Assembly: GCA_963667015.2 (NCBI GenBank)
Contig: CAXXJJ010000004.1
Coordinates: 224,001-288,000 of the forward strand
Reading direction: 5' to 3'
DNA from: Desulfatiglandales bacterium
Lineage (GTDB): Bacteria; Desulfobacterota; DSM-4660; Desulfatiglandales; HGW-15
DNA length: 64,000 bases
Numbering within the stretch: position 1 is the first letter of the stretch; each line of letters opens with the position of its first letter. This document shows positions 22,445 to 32,013 of the stretch, piece by piece. The translations under genes were made by a program, and so were the position numbers. The notes beneath the pieces are model-generated. The model was given only the letters and a program-made list of their open reading frames with translations. It was not told the origin of the DNA and searched no databases.

Positions 22445-22792
22445 ATGCCAAGAGTAAAAAGAGGTTTTAAGGCAAGGCGCCGGAGAAATAAGGTTCTTAA
22501 GGCTGCAAAAGGGTACAGGGGTGGTCACAGCAAGCTGTTCAGAACAGCGGCTGTTACAGTGGATCGTGCAAGACAGTATGCATACCGCGACCGCAGAACT
22601 AAAAAACGTGAGTTCAGAAAATTGTGGATCATCCGCATTAATGCGGCCGCAAGAGAAAACGGGCTTTCCTACAGTGCATTTATTGGCGGCCTTGCAAAGG
22701 CCGGGATAGACCTGGACAGAAAGGTACTTTCTGATATGGCCATATATGACCCCGCAGGTTTTTCAAAAATCGCTGAAATGGTGAAACAGTAA
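22445..22792 (+). CDS. rplT: 50S ribosomal protein L20
   Basis: MPRVKRG...[12 protein letters not shown]. Confidence 0.98.
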   Translation: MPRVKRGFKARRRRNKVLKAAKGYRGGHSKLFRTAAVTVDRARQYAYRDRRTKKREFRKLWIIRINAAARENGLSYSAFIGGLAKAGIDLDRKVLSDMAIYDPAGFSKIAEMVKQ

Positions 22793-22871
22793 CCATTTAA
22801 GAACATTTACTTCTATTACATCCTATTAGGCCCGTTTGGTAACTCAAATCGGGCCTAAAAATATTATGATC

Positions 22872-23879
22872 ATGAAAGAAAAATTACTGGAAATAAGAGA
22901 CCGGGCACTCAGCGAGTTGGACTCTATAAAACATCTCGATGCCCTTGAAAAATTCAGGATTGAATACCTTGGAAAGAAGGGACAGATCACGTCCCTAATG
23001 AAACAGCTGGGCACACTTACCAAGGAAGAGAGACCTGCATTTGGAAAACTTGCAAATGAAGTCAAAAATGAAATTGTAGGTTTTCTGGAAAAGGCGCTGG
23101 ACAGTTTAAAAGGGAAGGAAACCGGTCAAGAAGAAGTCATTGACATCACTCTGCCCGGAAGAGCCCCGTCACGGGGACATCTTCACCCGATAAACCAGGT
23201 AAACAGCGAGATATGCCGTATACTTGTGAAAATGGGATACAGTATAGTCAAGGGCCCTAACATTGAGCTTGACTATTATAATTTTGAGGCCCTCAATTTT
23301 CCCAAGGATCACCCTGCAAGGGATATGCAGGATACCTTTTATGTGTCTGAAAATACTGTATTGAGGACACATACATCTCCAATGCAGGTCAGGGTAATGG
23401 AAAAACAGAAACCGCCTGTAAGCATTATAGCCCCCGGTAAGGTGTACAGGAGCGATTCTGATGTATCTCATACCCCGATGTTTCATCAGGTCGAGGGCCT
23501 GCTTGTTGATAAGGGTGTGACATTCGGTGATCTTAAGGGAACCTTGACCAGCTTTGTGCACCAGATGTTTGGTTCAGATATCAAGCTGAGGTTCAGGCCG
23601 AGCTTTTTCCCGTTTACCGAACCAAGTGCCGAGGTTGATATACAGTGTGTTATATGCCGCGGAAAAGGTTGCAGGACATGCTCCAATTCAGGGTGGCAGG
23701 AAATCCTCGGTTCCGGTATGGTTGACCCCGGAGTGTATGGATTTGTGGATTACGACCCTGAGGTATATTCAGGTTTCGCATTCGGGCTGGGAATAGAAAG
23801 AATAACCATGCTCAAATACGGCATTGACGATATCCAGCTTCTTTTCAAGCATGATATGCGTTTCCTGAAACAATTTTAA
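22872..23879 (+). CDS. pheS: Phenylalanine--tRNA ligase alpha subunit (start could instead be 22866)
   Basis: HPARDMQDTF, FPFTEPS, GFAFGLGIER. Confidence 0.97.
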   Translation: MKEKLLEIRDRALSELDSIKHLDALEKFRIEYLGKKGQITSLMKQLGTLTKEERPAFGKLANEVKNEIVGFLEKALDSLKGKETGQEEVIDITLPGRAPSRGHLHPINQVNSEICRILVKMGYSIVKGPNIELDYYNFEALNFPKDHPARDMQDTFYVSENTVLRTHTSPMQVRVMEKQKPPVSIIAPGKVYRSDSDVSHTPMFHQVEGLLVDKGVTFGDLKGTLTSFVHQMFGSDIKLRFRPSFFPFTEPSAEVDIQCVICRGKGCRTCSNSGWQEILGSGMVDPGVYGFVDYDPEVYSGFAFGLGIERITMLKYGIDDIQLLFKHDMRFLKQF

Positions 23880-23905
23880 TAAGTTAACAATACTGAGTCT
23901 AGCAA

Positions 23906-26323
23906 ATGAAACTAAGTTTAAACTGGCTTAAAGAATATGTAGATATTGATATTGCACCACAGGAGCTGTCCCATATACTCACAATGGCCGGCCTTGAAGT
24001 TGAGGAGCTTGAAAGGGTAGGGGATGTTCCTGATGAGGTTATTGTTGCAAAGGTTCTGTCTGTCAGAAAGCATCCCAATGCAGACAGGTTAACTCTCTGT
24101 GATGTTGATACCGGGAGTTCAATTGTGCAGGTGGTGTGCGGAGCCCCCAATGTAAGAGAAGGCATACTCGCTCCCATGGCCCTTCCCGGTGCAAAATTCA
24201 GAAATGGTCTTACCATAAAAGCGGGCAAGCTCAGGGGCGAGTTATCCGGCGGAATGCTCTGTGCCGAAGATGAACTTGGTCTTACAGACGACCACAGGGG
24301 GATCATGATTCTCCCTGAAGATCTTGAAATAGGTACAAGGTTAAAGGATTCCCTCAACCTTGAGGACTGGTCACTTGATATAAGCCTTACTCCAAACAGA
24401 TCCGACTGTGCTTCGGTTATAGGTATTGCACGGGAAGTGGCTGCCCTGACCGGGAAGAAGCTTCAGCTTCCTGATGTTCAATACAGTGAAGAAGGAGCTC
24501 CTGTTGCTGAAGAGACCAGCGTTGAAGTAAAAGATCCAAAGGGATGTCCCAGATACGCAGCCGGAATGATAAAGGGGGTAACCCTTGAAACCTCACCATT
24601 CTGGATGCGGTACAGGCTTCACGTTTCTGGCACCAGGAGCAAAAACAACATTGTAGATATCTCAAACTATGTTCTGCTGGAAACAGGCCAGCCTCTTCAT
24701 ACATTTGATTATGACCAGTTGAATGAAAACAGGATAGTTGTTGCCAGGGCGAATGAAGGAGAAAAATTCTTTACCCTTGACGGGCAGGAACGCACACTTA
24801 ATAAAGAACATCTTATGATATGCGACGGGAAAAAGCCAGTTGGTGTTGCAGGAATAATGGGAGGTTTAAACAGCGAAATCTCCGATAACACGACCAACAT
24901 CCTTATTGAAAGCGCATTTTTCAATCCTGTTACAATAAGAAGAGGCGCCAAATCCCTTGGTATTTCAAGTGAGGCATCCTACAGATTTGAAAGGGGTGTT
25001 GATATTGAAGGAGTTATATATGCCCTTAAAAGAGCCCTGAGCCTTTGCCTTGAGCTCGGCGGCGGGACAGTAAATAAAGGCATTATAGATGTATACCCTG
25101 AGCCTTATTCATCGCCTGTTATCGATCTGAGGATTGCTAAGACTAATGAGTTTCTGGGTGCATCAATAACAAAACAGGAAATGGTGTCATTCCTTGAGGC
25201 CCTGCGAATGGATGTCAGCGAAAAGGATGCGGATACCCTTAAGGTAATACCTCCCACTTACAGGGTTGACATCGAAAGGGAAATTGACCTTGTGGAAGAG
25301 GTAGCCAGGATGTACGGCTACGACAATATCGCAGAAACATATCCTGCGATAAGACCTACCGATAAGGCGGAGATGCCTGTGCTGGGACTGCATGACAGGG
25401 TATGCGATATCCTTACCGGTACAGGATTCAGCGAAATAATTACCTTCAGCTTTGTATCACCCGAGTCAGCCGACCTGCTTAACGCAGGAGAAAACAGCAC
25501 CATAAGATCATTTGTAAGCCTGATGAATCCTCTTACAACCGAGCAGTCGGTTATGAGAACATCCCTTTTACCGGGCCTGTTCACATCAATAAAAGAAAAC
25601 GTTGCCCACGGCGAACCGAACCTGAAGCTCTTTGAATGGGGCAAGATATATATCCGTGATGATTCAGCAGAACTGCCCGTTGAAAGGGTGACACTGGCCG
25701 GGATCATGTGCGGTAACTACTCTGCAAAAAAATGGCATAATGATGCAAGGCCAATCGATTTTTACGATATAAAAGGTGTTATTGAGGTACTCTTCGATTC
25801 TCTTGGATTATCAGGATGTACATTCGAACGAAAAGAGATAAGCGAGGTATATGATAAAAATGCCTCCTGTAATTTCTGTCATGGAGATATCATCTTAGGC
25901 AGTCTGGGAAAAATCAGCAGTGATGTTCAGGATAAAAATGAGATAAAGTCAAATTCGCTGTATGCCTTTGAAATCGATGTGGAGAAATTGCTTGAAGCAA
26001 TCTCATTAAACACATTCGAATTCAGATCATTCGGGAAATATCCCGCTGTTTTCAGGGACATATCAATAATTGTTGATAAAAAAGTTGAAAGTATGCCGAT
26101 TAAGAGTATAATTCACAGGGTTGGCGGTAATCTGGTCGATTCAGTCGAATTATTCTCGATATTTGAGGGTGAAAAACTGGGGTCAGATAAAAAAGCTCTC
26201 AGCTACAGGATATGTTACAGATCAAAAGAAGAAACTCTTGATGGTGAGCTTATCAACCGTCTTCATGAAAAGGTGATTAACAGTATAAGAGAAGAAACAG
26301 GTGGAACTCTAAGCGAGGGTTGA
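23906..26323 (+). CDS. pheT: Phenylalanine--tRNA ligase beta subunit
   Basis: HPNADRL, TPNRSD, RFERGVD, DLVEEVAR. Confidence 0.97.
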   Translation: MKLSLNWLKEYVDIDIAPQELSHILTMAGLEVEELERVGDVPDEVIVAKVLSVRKHPNADRLTLCDVDTGSSIVQVVCGAPNVREGILAPMALPGAKFRNGLTIKAGKLRGELSGGMLCAEDELGLTDDHRGIMILPEDLEIGTRLKDSLNLEDWSLDISLTPNRSDCASVIGIAREVAALTGKKLQLPDVQYSEEGAPVAEETSVEVKDPKGCPRYAAGMIKGVTLETSPFWMRYRLHVSGTRSKNNIVDISNYVLLETGQPLHTFDYDQLNENRIVVARANEGEKFFTLDGQERTLNKEHLMICDGKKPVGVAGIMGGLNSEISDNTTNILIESAFFNPVTIRRGAKSLGISSEASYRFERGVDIEGVIYALKRALSLCLELGGGTVNKGIIDVYPEPYSSPVIDLRIAKTNEFLGASITKQEMVSFLEALRMDVSEKDADTLKVIPPTYRVDIEREIDLVEEVARMYGYDNIAETYPAIRPTDKAEMPVLGLHDRVCDILTGTGFSEIITFSFVSPESADLLNAGENSTIRSFVSLMNPLTTEQSVMRTSLLPGLFTSIKENVAHGEPNLKLFEWGKIYIRDDSAELPVERVTLAGIMCGNYSAKKWHNDARPIDFYDIKGVIEVLFDSLGLSGCTFERKEISEVYDKNASCNFCHGDIILGSLGKISSDVQDKNEIKSNSLYAFEIDVEKLLEAISLNTFEFRSFGKYPAVFRDISIIVDKKVESMPIKSIIHRVGGNLVDSVELFSIFEGEKLGSDKKALSYRICYRSKEETLDGELINRLHEKVINSIREETGGTLSEG

Positions 26324-26328
26324 CATAT

Positions 26329-26658
26329 ATGAAGATTCCTGAAGATAAGCGCTATTTTCGCATTGGTGAAGTAAGTCGCATTATCGGGGTTGAACCATAT
26401 GTACTCAGGTACTGGGAAAGCGAATTTCCCCAGATAAGGCCTTCCAGGGCCGATTCAAAACAGAGAACCTATCAGAAAAAAGATCTTGAACTCATAAAGG
26501 AGATTAAGCGTCTCCTTTATGAGGAAAAGCTCACCCTTGAAGGCGCCAGAAAAAGACTCAAGTCACGCACATCAAAATCAGAACCAGCCAAGCCTGCAGA
26601 TATTATCAATGAGATTAAGCAAGAACTGTACAGTATTGCAGATCTTTTAAGTGATTAA
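26329..26658 (+). CDS. MerR-family transcriptional regulator
   Basis: YFRIGEVS...VLRYWESEF; usual position after pheT. Confidence 0.9.
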   Translation: MKIPEDKRYFRIGEVSRIIGVEPYVLRYWESEFPQIRPSRADSKQRTYQKKDLELIKEIKRLLYEEKLTLEGARKRLKSRTSKSEPAKPADIINEIKQELYSIADLLSD

Positions 26659-26669
26659 ATGCAGATATC

Positions 26670-27593
26670 ATGAAAGGACTCGAACTCAGCCGCAGATACT
26701 ATGAAGAGATATGCAGGCCCGCAGTTGAAAAATCCTTAAAGGAACATCTGAACAAAATGGCATTTGGCCTGGTTGGCGACGGGTCCGAATGCTATGGTTT
26801 TGATGATGAAATATCACAGGATCACGATTTTGGCCCACGTGTAATGATATGGCTTACACCAGATGATTTTACTGTATTTGGTGCAGATCTTCAGGACCTG
26901 CTTTCAAAACTTCCCAGACAATTCCTTGGATATGACGGGGTAAATACCAGCAGGTATGGTGATGGTCGTGAAGGTGTATTTATAATATCTGCATTTTATA
27001 AAAGATTTACTAACCTTGGTCACCCCCCTTCAACAACTAATGAATGGAGGCTGATTCCTGAAGTCAACCTGTCCCTTGCAACCAACGGGGAAGTATTTAC
27101 TGATTCTGTTGGGGAATTCACCCGATACCGGAATCTCTTACTTGCCGGATATCCTGAAGACCTGCGGCTTAAAATGATGGCTGCAAGGTGCATGAAAATA
27201 GCGCAGTCAGGACAGTATAACTATGCACGCAGCATGAAGAGAAAGGAATCTGTGGCCGCCCTGGCGGCGCTGGCTGAATTCACGGACGCTGCCATATCCA
27301 TGATCTATTTAATGAATAAAAGGTATAAGCCCTTCTACAAATGGATGCACAGGGGATTAAAGGATCTTCCTATACTTGGAAAGGAAACTTATCTTTTATT
27401 CGAAACACTTTCAAAATCAACCCGGGTTTATGATAATATAGATACAATCGAAGCTGTATGCAGCCTGATTATACATAAACTGAGAGAAGAGGGGCTCAGC
27501 GATTCAAAATCGGATTTCCTGCTGGATCATGGTCCACAGATACAGAAAAGAATAAAAGATGAAAACTTGAGGAATATGGTGCCATGGGGGTAG
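26670..27593 (+). CDS. DUF4037-domain protein (nucleotidyltransferase-like)
   Basis: GDGSECYGFDDEISQDHDFGP and PFYKW. Confidence 0.75.
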   Translation: MKGLELSRRYYEEICRPAVEKSLKEHLNKMAFGLVGDGSECYGFDDEISQDHDFGPRVMIWLTPDDFTVFGADLQDLLSKLPRQFLGYDGVNTSRYGDGREGVFIISAFYKRFTNLGHPPSTTNEWRLIPEVNLSLATNGEVFTDSVGEFTRYRNLLLAGYPEDLRLKMMAARCMKIAQSGQYNYARSMKRKESVAALAALAEFTDAAISMIYLMNKRYKPFYKWMHRGLKDLPILGKETYLLFETLSKSTRVYDNIDTIEAVCSLIIHKLREEGLSDSKSDFLLDHGPQIQKRIKDENLRNMVPWG

Positions 27594-27598
27594 ATAAT

Positions 27599-28216
27599 AT
27601 GGAACGGGAACAGATAATTGAAAAGATACTGGCAATGGAATGGAATATGTTTACGAGTGTCAAAGGGGCCAGCGGACGTTCTTCATGCCAGGATGATAAA
27701 AGGACATTTTTAGTCATGAGAATGGCACAGGCTGATATCTGGAGTACTGATACACTGAGCAGCTATCTCGAAGACCTGGAATCTGCAGACAAAGATGATA
27801 TGAATCTCATGACAATAAAATATGCCCGAATGATGGAGATAACCTTTCCTGATGAGTATGAAAACATTAAAGACAGGCTGCCCTCCATATCAGAAAACAC
27901 TCACAATCTGGTAAGAGAAATAGTCGGTTACCACCTTGCATGGTCTATTGAGGCATCAAAGAAATATCCCAGACTTTTTTCTCTCGGCCGTCCTGTTGAC
28001 ACTGCAGAAATGAAAACTCAGCATACCATTTCTATTGAAAATTACCTGCGAAGCGAACTGCTTACATATTCCGAAAATACACTAAGGCTGTGTCTGAAAG
28101 ACACAATGGAAGCATTTGATAATAAAGTGAATCTTTCCATGGAAGTACTGAGAAATACGGCAAAGAGATATGGATATGGTTCTCTGGATGAACTAGAAGA
28201 AAGACTGTCACGTTAA
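27599..28216 (+). CDS. DUF4125-family protein
   Basis: EWNMF...GRSSCQDD...KYARMM...YLRSELLTYS. Confidence 0.75.
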   Translation: MEREQIIEKILAMEWNMFTSVKGASGRSSCQDDKRTFLVMRMAQADIWSTDTLSSYLEDLESADKDDMNLMTIKYARMMEITFPDEYENIKDRLPSISENTHNLVREIVGYHLAWSIEASKKYPRLFSLGRPVDTAEMKTQHTISIENYLRSELLTYSENTLRLCLKDTMEAFDNKVNLSMEVLRNTAKRYGYGSLDELEERLSR

Positions 28217-28217
28217 C

Positions 28218-28374
28218 TAGTGTCCATCCAGAAATAACAAAAATCCGGATGGAGCTTTCAGCATTCAGCTATCAGCCGTCAGCTAAAGCTCTGCTTTAAA
28301 AGCATTTAGCCAAAAGCTGAACGCTGACAGCTGACCGCGGCTATTCAAAAACGACAGTTTTTGGATGGGCACTA
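28218..28374. mobile_element. MITE-like palindromic element with internal heptamer repeats
   Basis: Terminal IR TAGTGTCCATCCAGAAA / TTTTTGGATGGGCACTA with TA at both ends; inverted 7-bp repeat arrays inside. Confidence 0.65.
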
Positions 28375-28611
28375 ACTAAAACAGCCTGTTTTTCCAGCTC
28401 TGTGACGGTTTGAGCGTTGTATTGGCATTTACCAGATCTTGAATCTTTAGCCAGTGAAATTCATATATATGACAGCAGAGCGGATTTCACAGTGCTTTCC
28501 ACAGGCCTTCTTCCGGAGGAACAACTGGATAAGATAGACAGGTCTATGTAGTAAGGTGGAGAAAGATTCTACATATTCACCATGTTTAATACTTGAGATA
28601 CCGGAGAGAAA

Positions 28612-30657
28612 CTAATCAACGAGAAACAGGGACTGGTCTGTGAGGAGGCTCAAGACTCCTGATGATACACTTCCCAAAAGCAACCGCTTGATCCCTGACA
28701 GGCCTCTTTTTCCCATGACTACAGTCCCATATTGCCCGGAATTGACGGTTTCAGTCAGGGCGGAAACCACATTGCTTTCGGGACCTAATAGCTGAAGGGG
28801 GGTGTTCCAGTCAAGCCCGGCTGCAGCTTTGAGATGTCTCCAGCGACTACGGGCAACATGGGGACTGCCGTTAAGAACATGAATGAAACGCACCGAGAAA
28901 CCTTCCGCCGCTAGGTAGCCCCCTTTTAGAAAGGACATTACCAGCAGGCTTGCATCAGATAGATCAACCGGAGCGAGGATCTTTTTCCGGTTTTCGTTGG
29001 AATTCAGAAACGCCACGACAGTCCTGCCCTCCCTGTAGAGCATTTTTTTGCGCCAGGGATCTATAACGTTCGAGCCCAGGAAAATTCTGCCATAGCTGCC
29101 CCTGGAGATAATCGAATCGATGATATCCTTCCTGCCGGAGGTCGATTCCTTCAAGCCATCACCGGGTGAAGTATCGTATTGAACAGATGTATCGTATATA
29201 TCGATAGAACTACCAAAAGTATCCTGAGCCCATCGAATGAAATTCTTTTTAGCATCGTCAAAAAACGTATCGTTGTTTTCCGGTCTTAAAAAGAGCATTG
29301 CCGGACGGTAGGAACACCTGGTTTGCCTGTCCGTATGGCTGGTAAGAAGAGGGAGGCATTGTTTAAAGGTTTGCATGTCACCGGAATTGGCTATTAGCCA
29401 CAGGGTTTTGCATGTTCGGGTTAAAAGCTTATGGGCCAGGTCAGTCCTGTCATAAATCAGCTTTGGCCAACGGGCGCAGCAAATACCCTTCTCCAGGATC
29501 ACCCGTTTCAGACACCGGTTGCAGTTGATGCACTGTGTTATTTTCCTGGTGCTATCCCCGGCCTTTTTCACCCATCCCGGATCGCACAGGAGCGGGCGCC
29601 CAAGCCCGATTAGATCCGCTGTGCCATCTCGAATAAGTTTTTCAGCAACTGAAGGAGTTGTTATTCTTCCGGATATTATAACGGGTATATTCACAGAATC
29701 CCTAAGGGCTTTGACATCATCACTGAGGTAGGCTATCTTTCCCATACCTTCTAATGCATGTCTGGAAAAAATGGAATTGAACGTACCAGCCGAGGCAGAC
29801 AGGTAGGCAATCCCTTTTTGTTTCAGCAGCTTTGCAAATGCCAGCGCTTCGTACAGATCAACACCTCCCGGAACCCATTCTTTGAGAATAAGTCTGAATC
29901 CCACAGGGAAGTCATGAGGAAGATGCTGTTTTACCGCCTGTATCACGGCAAGGGGAAATGTCGATCTTGCGTTCAAATCACCTCCGAAACCGGATGTAAG
30001 TTTATTGGTAAAGGTAGAAAGATACTGGCATAGAAGATAACCGTTGGCACCATGCAGTTCGACCATGTCAAAACCGGCTTGAAAAGCCCTTTGAGCAGCG
30101 TTTGAAAAATCGTCGATCACCCGGTTACAATCCTCGTAATCCATGGCATGTCTCCAGTTTTTAGCCTGATGCAAAAACTCCCTGGTGAGACTGAAACGTT
30201 TTTCAAAAGGAAAAAATTCCATGAATCCTTTCAAGGATTCGACATTGAATGAAAAGTGCTCATAGCTCAGTGGAGATGGGAGAAGTGGACGAGTGGTTTT
30301 CCCGAACCGACCTGCATGGTTTAGCTGAAGACAGGCAATGGCACCATTATCCTTTATTGCAGAGGCCAACTCGGACAGACCATGGATAAAAGCATCATTG
30401 TCAACTCGTAGATTATAGCGTGAAACCACTCCGTCCGACGACACAGCGGCATTAGCAACCACTACCATGCCTGCGCCCGAGCGAGCCAGCATTGTGTAAA
30501 AATCGACCAGCCAGGAACTGACACGGCCATCCGGATAAGCATTGCCGGTATGAACAGGAAGAGAAACAAGCCTGTTTTTAAGTTGAACCATGCCAAGCTT
30601 CATCGGGCTGAAAAGAAAAGGATGATCGATGCTTTTCTGTTTATTTTCATGGCTCAT
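28612..30657 (-). CDS. NADH:flavin oxidoreductase (OYE family) fused to a C-terminal universal-stress-protein-like domain
   Basis: QLNHAGR, ELHGANGYL, CINCNRC; C-terminal VVMGKRGLSGIKRLLLGSVS. Confidence 0.82.
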   Translation of the reverse strand: MSHENKQKSIDHPFLFSPMKLGMVQLKNRLVSLPVHTGNAYPDGRVSSWLVDFYTMLARSGAGMVVVANAAVSSDGVVSRYNLRVDNDAFIHGLSELASAIKDNGAIACLQLNHAGRFGKTTRPLLPSPLSYEHFSFNVESLKGFMEFFPFEKRFSLTREFLHQAKNWRHAMDYEDCNRVIDDFSNAAQRAFQAGFDMVELHGANGYLLCQYLSTFTNKLTSGFGGDLNARSTFPLAVIQAVKQHLPHDFPVGFRLILKEWVPGGVDLYEALAFAKLLKQKGIAYLSASAGTFNSIFSRHALEGMGKIAYLSDDVKALRDSVNIPVIISGRITTPSVAEKLIRDGTADLIGLGRPLLCDPGWVKKAGDSTRKITQCINCNRCLKRVILEKGICCARWPKLIYDRTDLAHKLLTRTCKTLWLIANSGDMQTFKQCLPLLTSHTDRQTRCSYRPAMLFLRPENNDTFFDDAKKNFIRWAQDTFGSSIDIYDTSVQYDTSPGDGLKESTSGRKDIIDSIISRGSYGRIFLGSNVIDPWRKKMLYREGRTVVAFLNSNENRKKILAPVDLSDASLLVMSFLKGGYLAAEGFSVRFIHVLNGSPHVARSRWRHLKAAAGLDWNTPLQLLGPESNVVSALTETVNSGQYGTVVMGKRGLSGIKRLLLGSVSSGVLSLLTDQSLFLVD

Positions 30658-30758
30658 GGCGGATTTGTTTTTTTCTTTATCAATATTTTTAATCAGATTA
30701 TTATAATAACAATATCATTGATGAAAAAACAGATAAAAAAACCTATTTTAGAGATGCC

Positions 30759-31847
30759 ATGGAATCTGCCATTCTTATCACAGGATCGTCAGGGTATCTG
30801 GGCTCGGCGCTTTGCGTAGATCTTTCCAGGGATCACAATGTTATTGGTTTATATAGACGTTATCCCTCAAAAAAACTGAGAGAGGCGGCGCCCGGTGTGC
30901 AGTGGAGAAAAGGCGATATCGTTGACAGATCCTGCGTTGACCTTGCTTTTGAACGCGGGGCGGCAAATGGATTCCGGATCGACTATGTCATTCATTTAGC
31001 AGCCTATACCGATTTCGGTGAAAAATGGCATGATGAATATTACGATTCCAATATACTCGGTACCGACAATATTATAAAAATAGCCAGCGAAGCCGGTGTA
31101 CGAAGGATTCTTTTTTCCGGAAGCGTTGTCGCCATGCCACCTCTTCCCGATGGAAGTTTACTAACGGAGAAGTCCCCTGCCTGTGGAATCACTGCCTATC
31201 CCTTAAGCAAAGCCATGGGTGAAAAGATGCTCAAGGAGAATTCGAACAGGGTCCCGATCATTGTGTTGCGTATTGGAGGGGTGTTTACGGACTGGTGTGA
31301 ACTTCCTCCTCTATATAGTGTCATGAAATTGTGGAGCAAACCTTTTATAGGTCGAATAATGCCTGGCCGGGGTAATTCCGGTTTTCCATATATTCACAGA
31401 AAGGATCTGGTGGGAATCGTAAGAAAAATCGTGGAAAAAGATGCCTGCCTTGACCGATTCGAAACATTGTTCGCCTCGCATGAAGGCTGCACTTACCAGA
31501 AAGAGTTGTTTCCCATCATCAGAAAGGAATCCAATAAAAGGTTTTGCATGAAACCGCTAAACGTTCCCCCTGTTCTGGCAAAACCAGCTCTTCATGCCAA
31601 GTATGTCTTAAATACATTGTTAAGAAAAGAAACCTATGAACGTGCCTGGATGATTGATTTTGTGGATCGACCGTTTAGGGTGGACACAACTTATACCCGG
31701 GAAAAATTGGGCTGGAATCCCACACCCGGGCTGCACATACTGGAGCGTCTGCCTGTTCTTATGAAAAATTTTACAAGCCATTACAGGCAGTGGGATATTC
31801 GAAATATAAGAAGAAATGAGCAAAAATATGAATATAATCCGGATTAG
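30759..31847 (+). CDS. NAD-dependent epimerase/dehydratase
   Basis: ITGSSGYLG, HLAA, YPLSK. Confidence 0.88.
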   Translation: MESAILITGSSGYLGSALCVDLSRDHNVIGLYRRYPSKKLREAAPGVQWRKGDIVDRSCVDLAFERGAANGFRIDYVIHLAAYTDFGEKWHDEYYDSNILGTDNIIKIASEAGVRRILFSGSVVAMPPLPDGSLLTEKSPACGITAYPLSKAMGEKMLKENSNRVPIIVLRIGGVFTDWCELPPLYSVMKLWSKPFIGRIMPGRGNSGFPYIHRKDLVGIVRKIVEKDACLDRFETLFASHEGCTYQKELFPIIRKESNKRFCMKPLNVPPVLAKPALHAKYVLNTLLRKETYERAWMIDFVDRPFRVDTTYTREKLGWNPTPGLHILERLPVLMKNFTSHYRQWDIRNIRRNEQKYEYNPD

Positions 31848-31951
31848 GGGCGACAGACAACAGGGTACTCTAAAATATCGTGCGGGTGTCATGACAATCG
31901 CATGGACAAAAATCTAAAAGATATTCCGGTTGCACCTCCATAGGATAAGAA

Positions 31952-31988
31952 AAGTATATTGACATACCAAAGTCAGATCCATATACTT
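31952..31988 (+). promoter_or_regulatory. Sigma70 promoter embedded in an AAGTATAT-N21-ATATACTT inverted repeat
   Basis: TTGACA(31959)-N17-TATACT(31982); paralogous copy at 34158-34194. Confidence 0.7.
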
Positions 31989-32013
31989 CACTCCGCCAGA
32001 AGGAGAAAGAAGA

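Noticed and set aside
28430..28610. Short coding-like stretch after the MITE-like element
   Set aside because: Interrupted by stops and not assignable to any family by eye.
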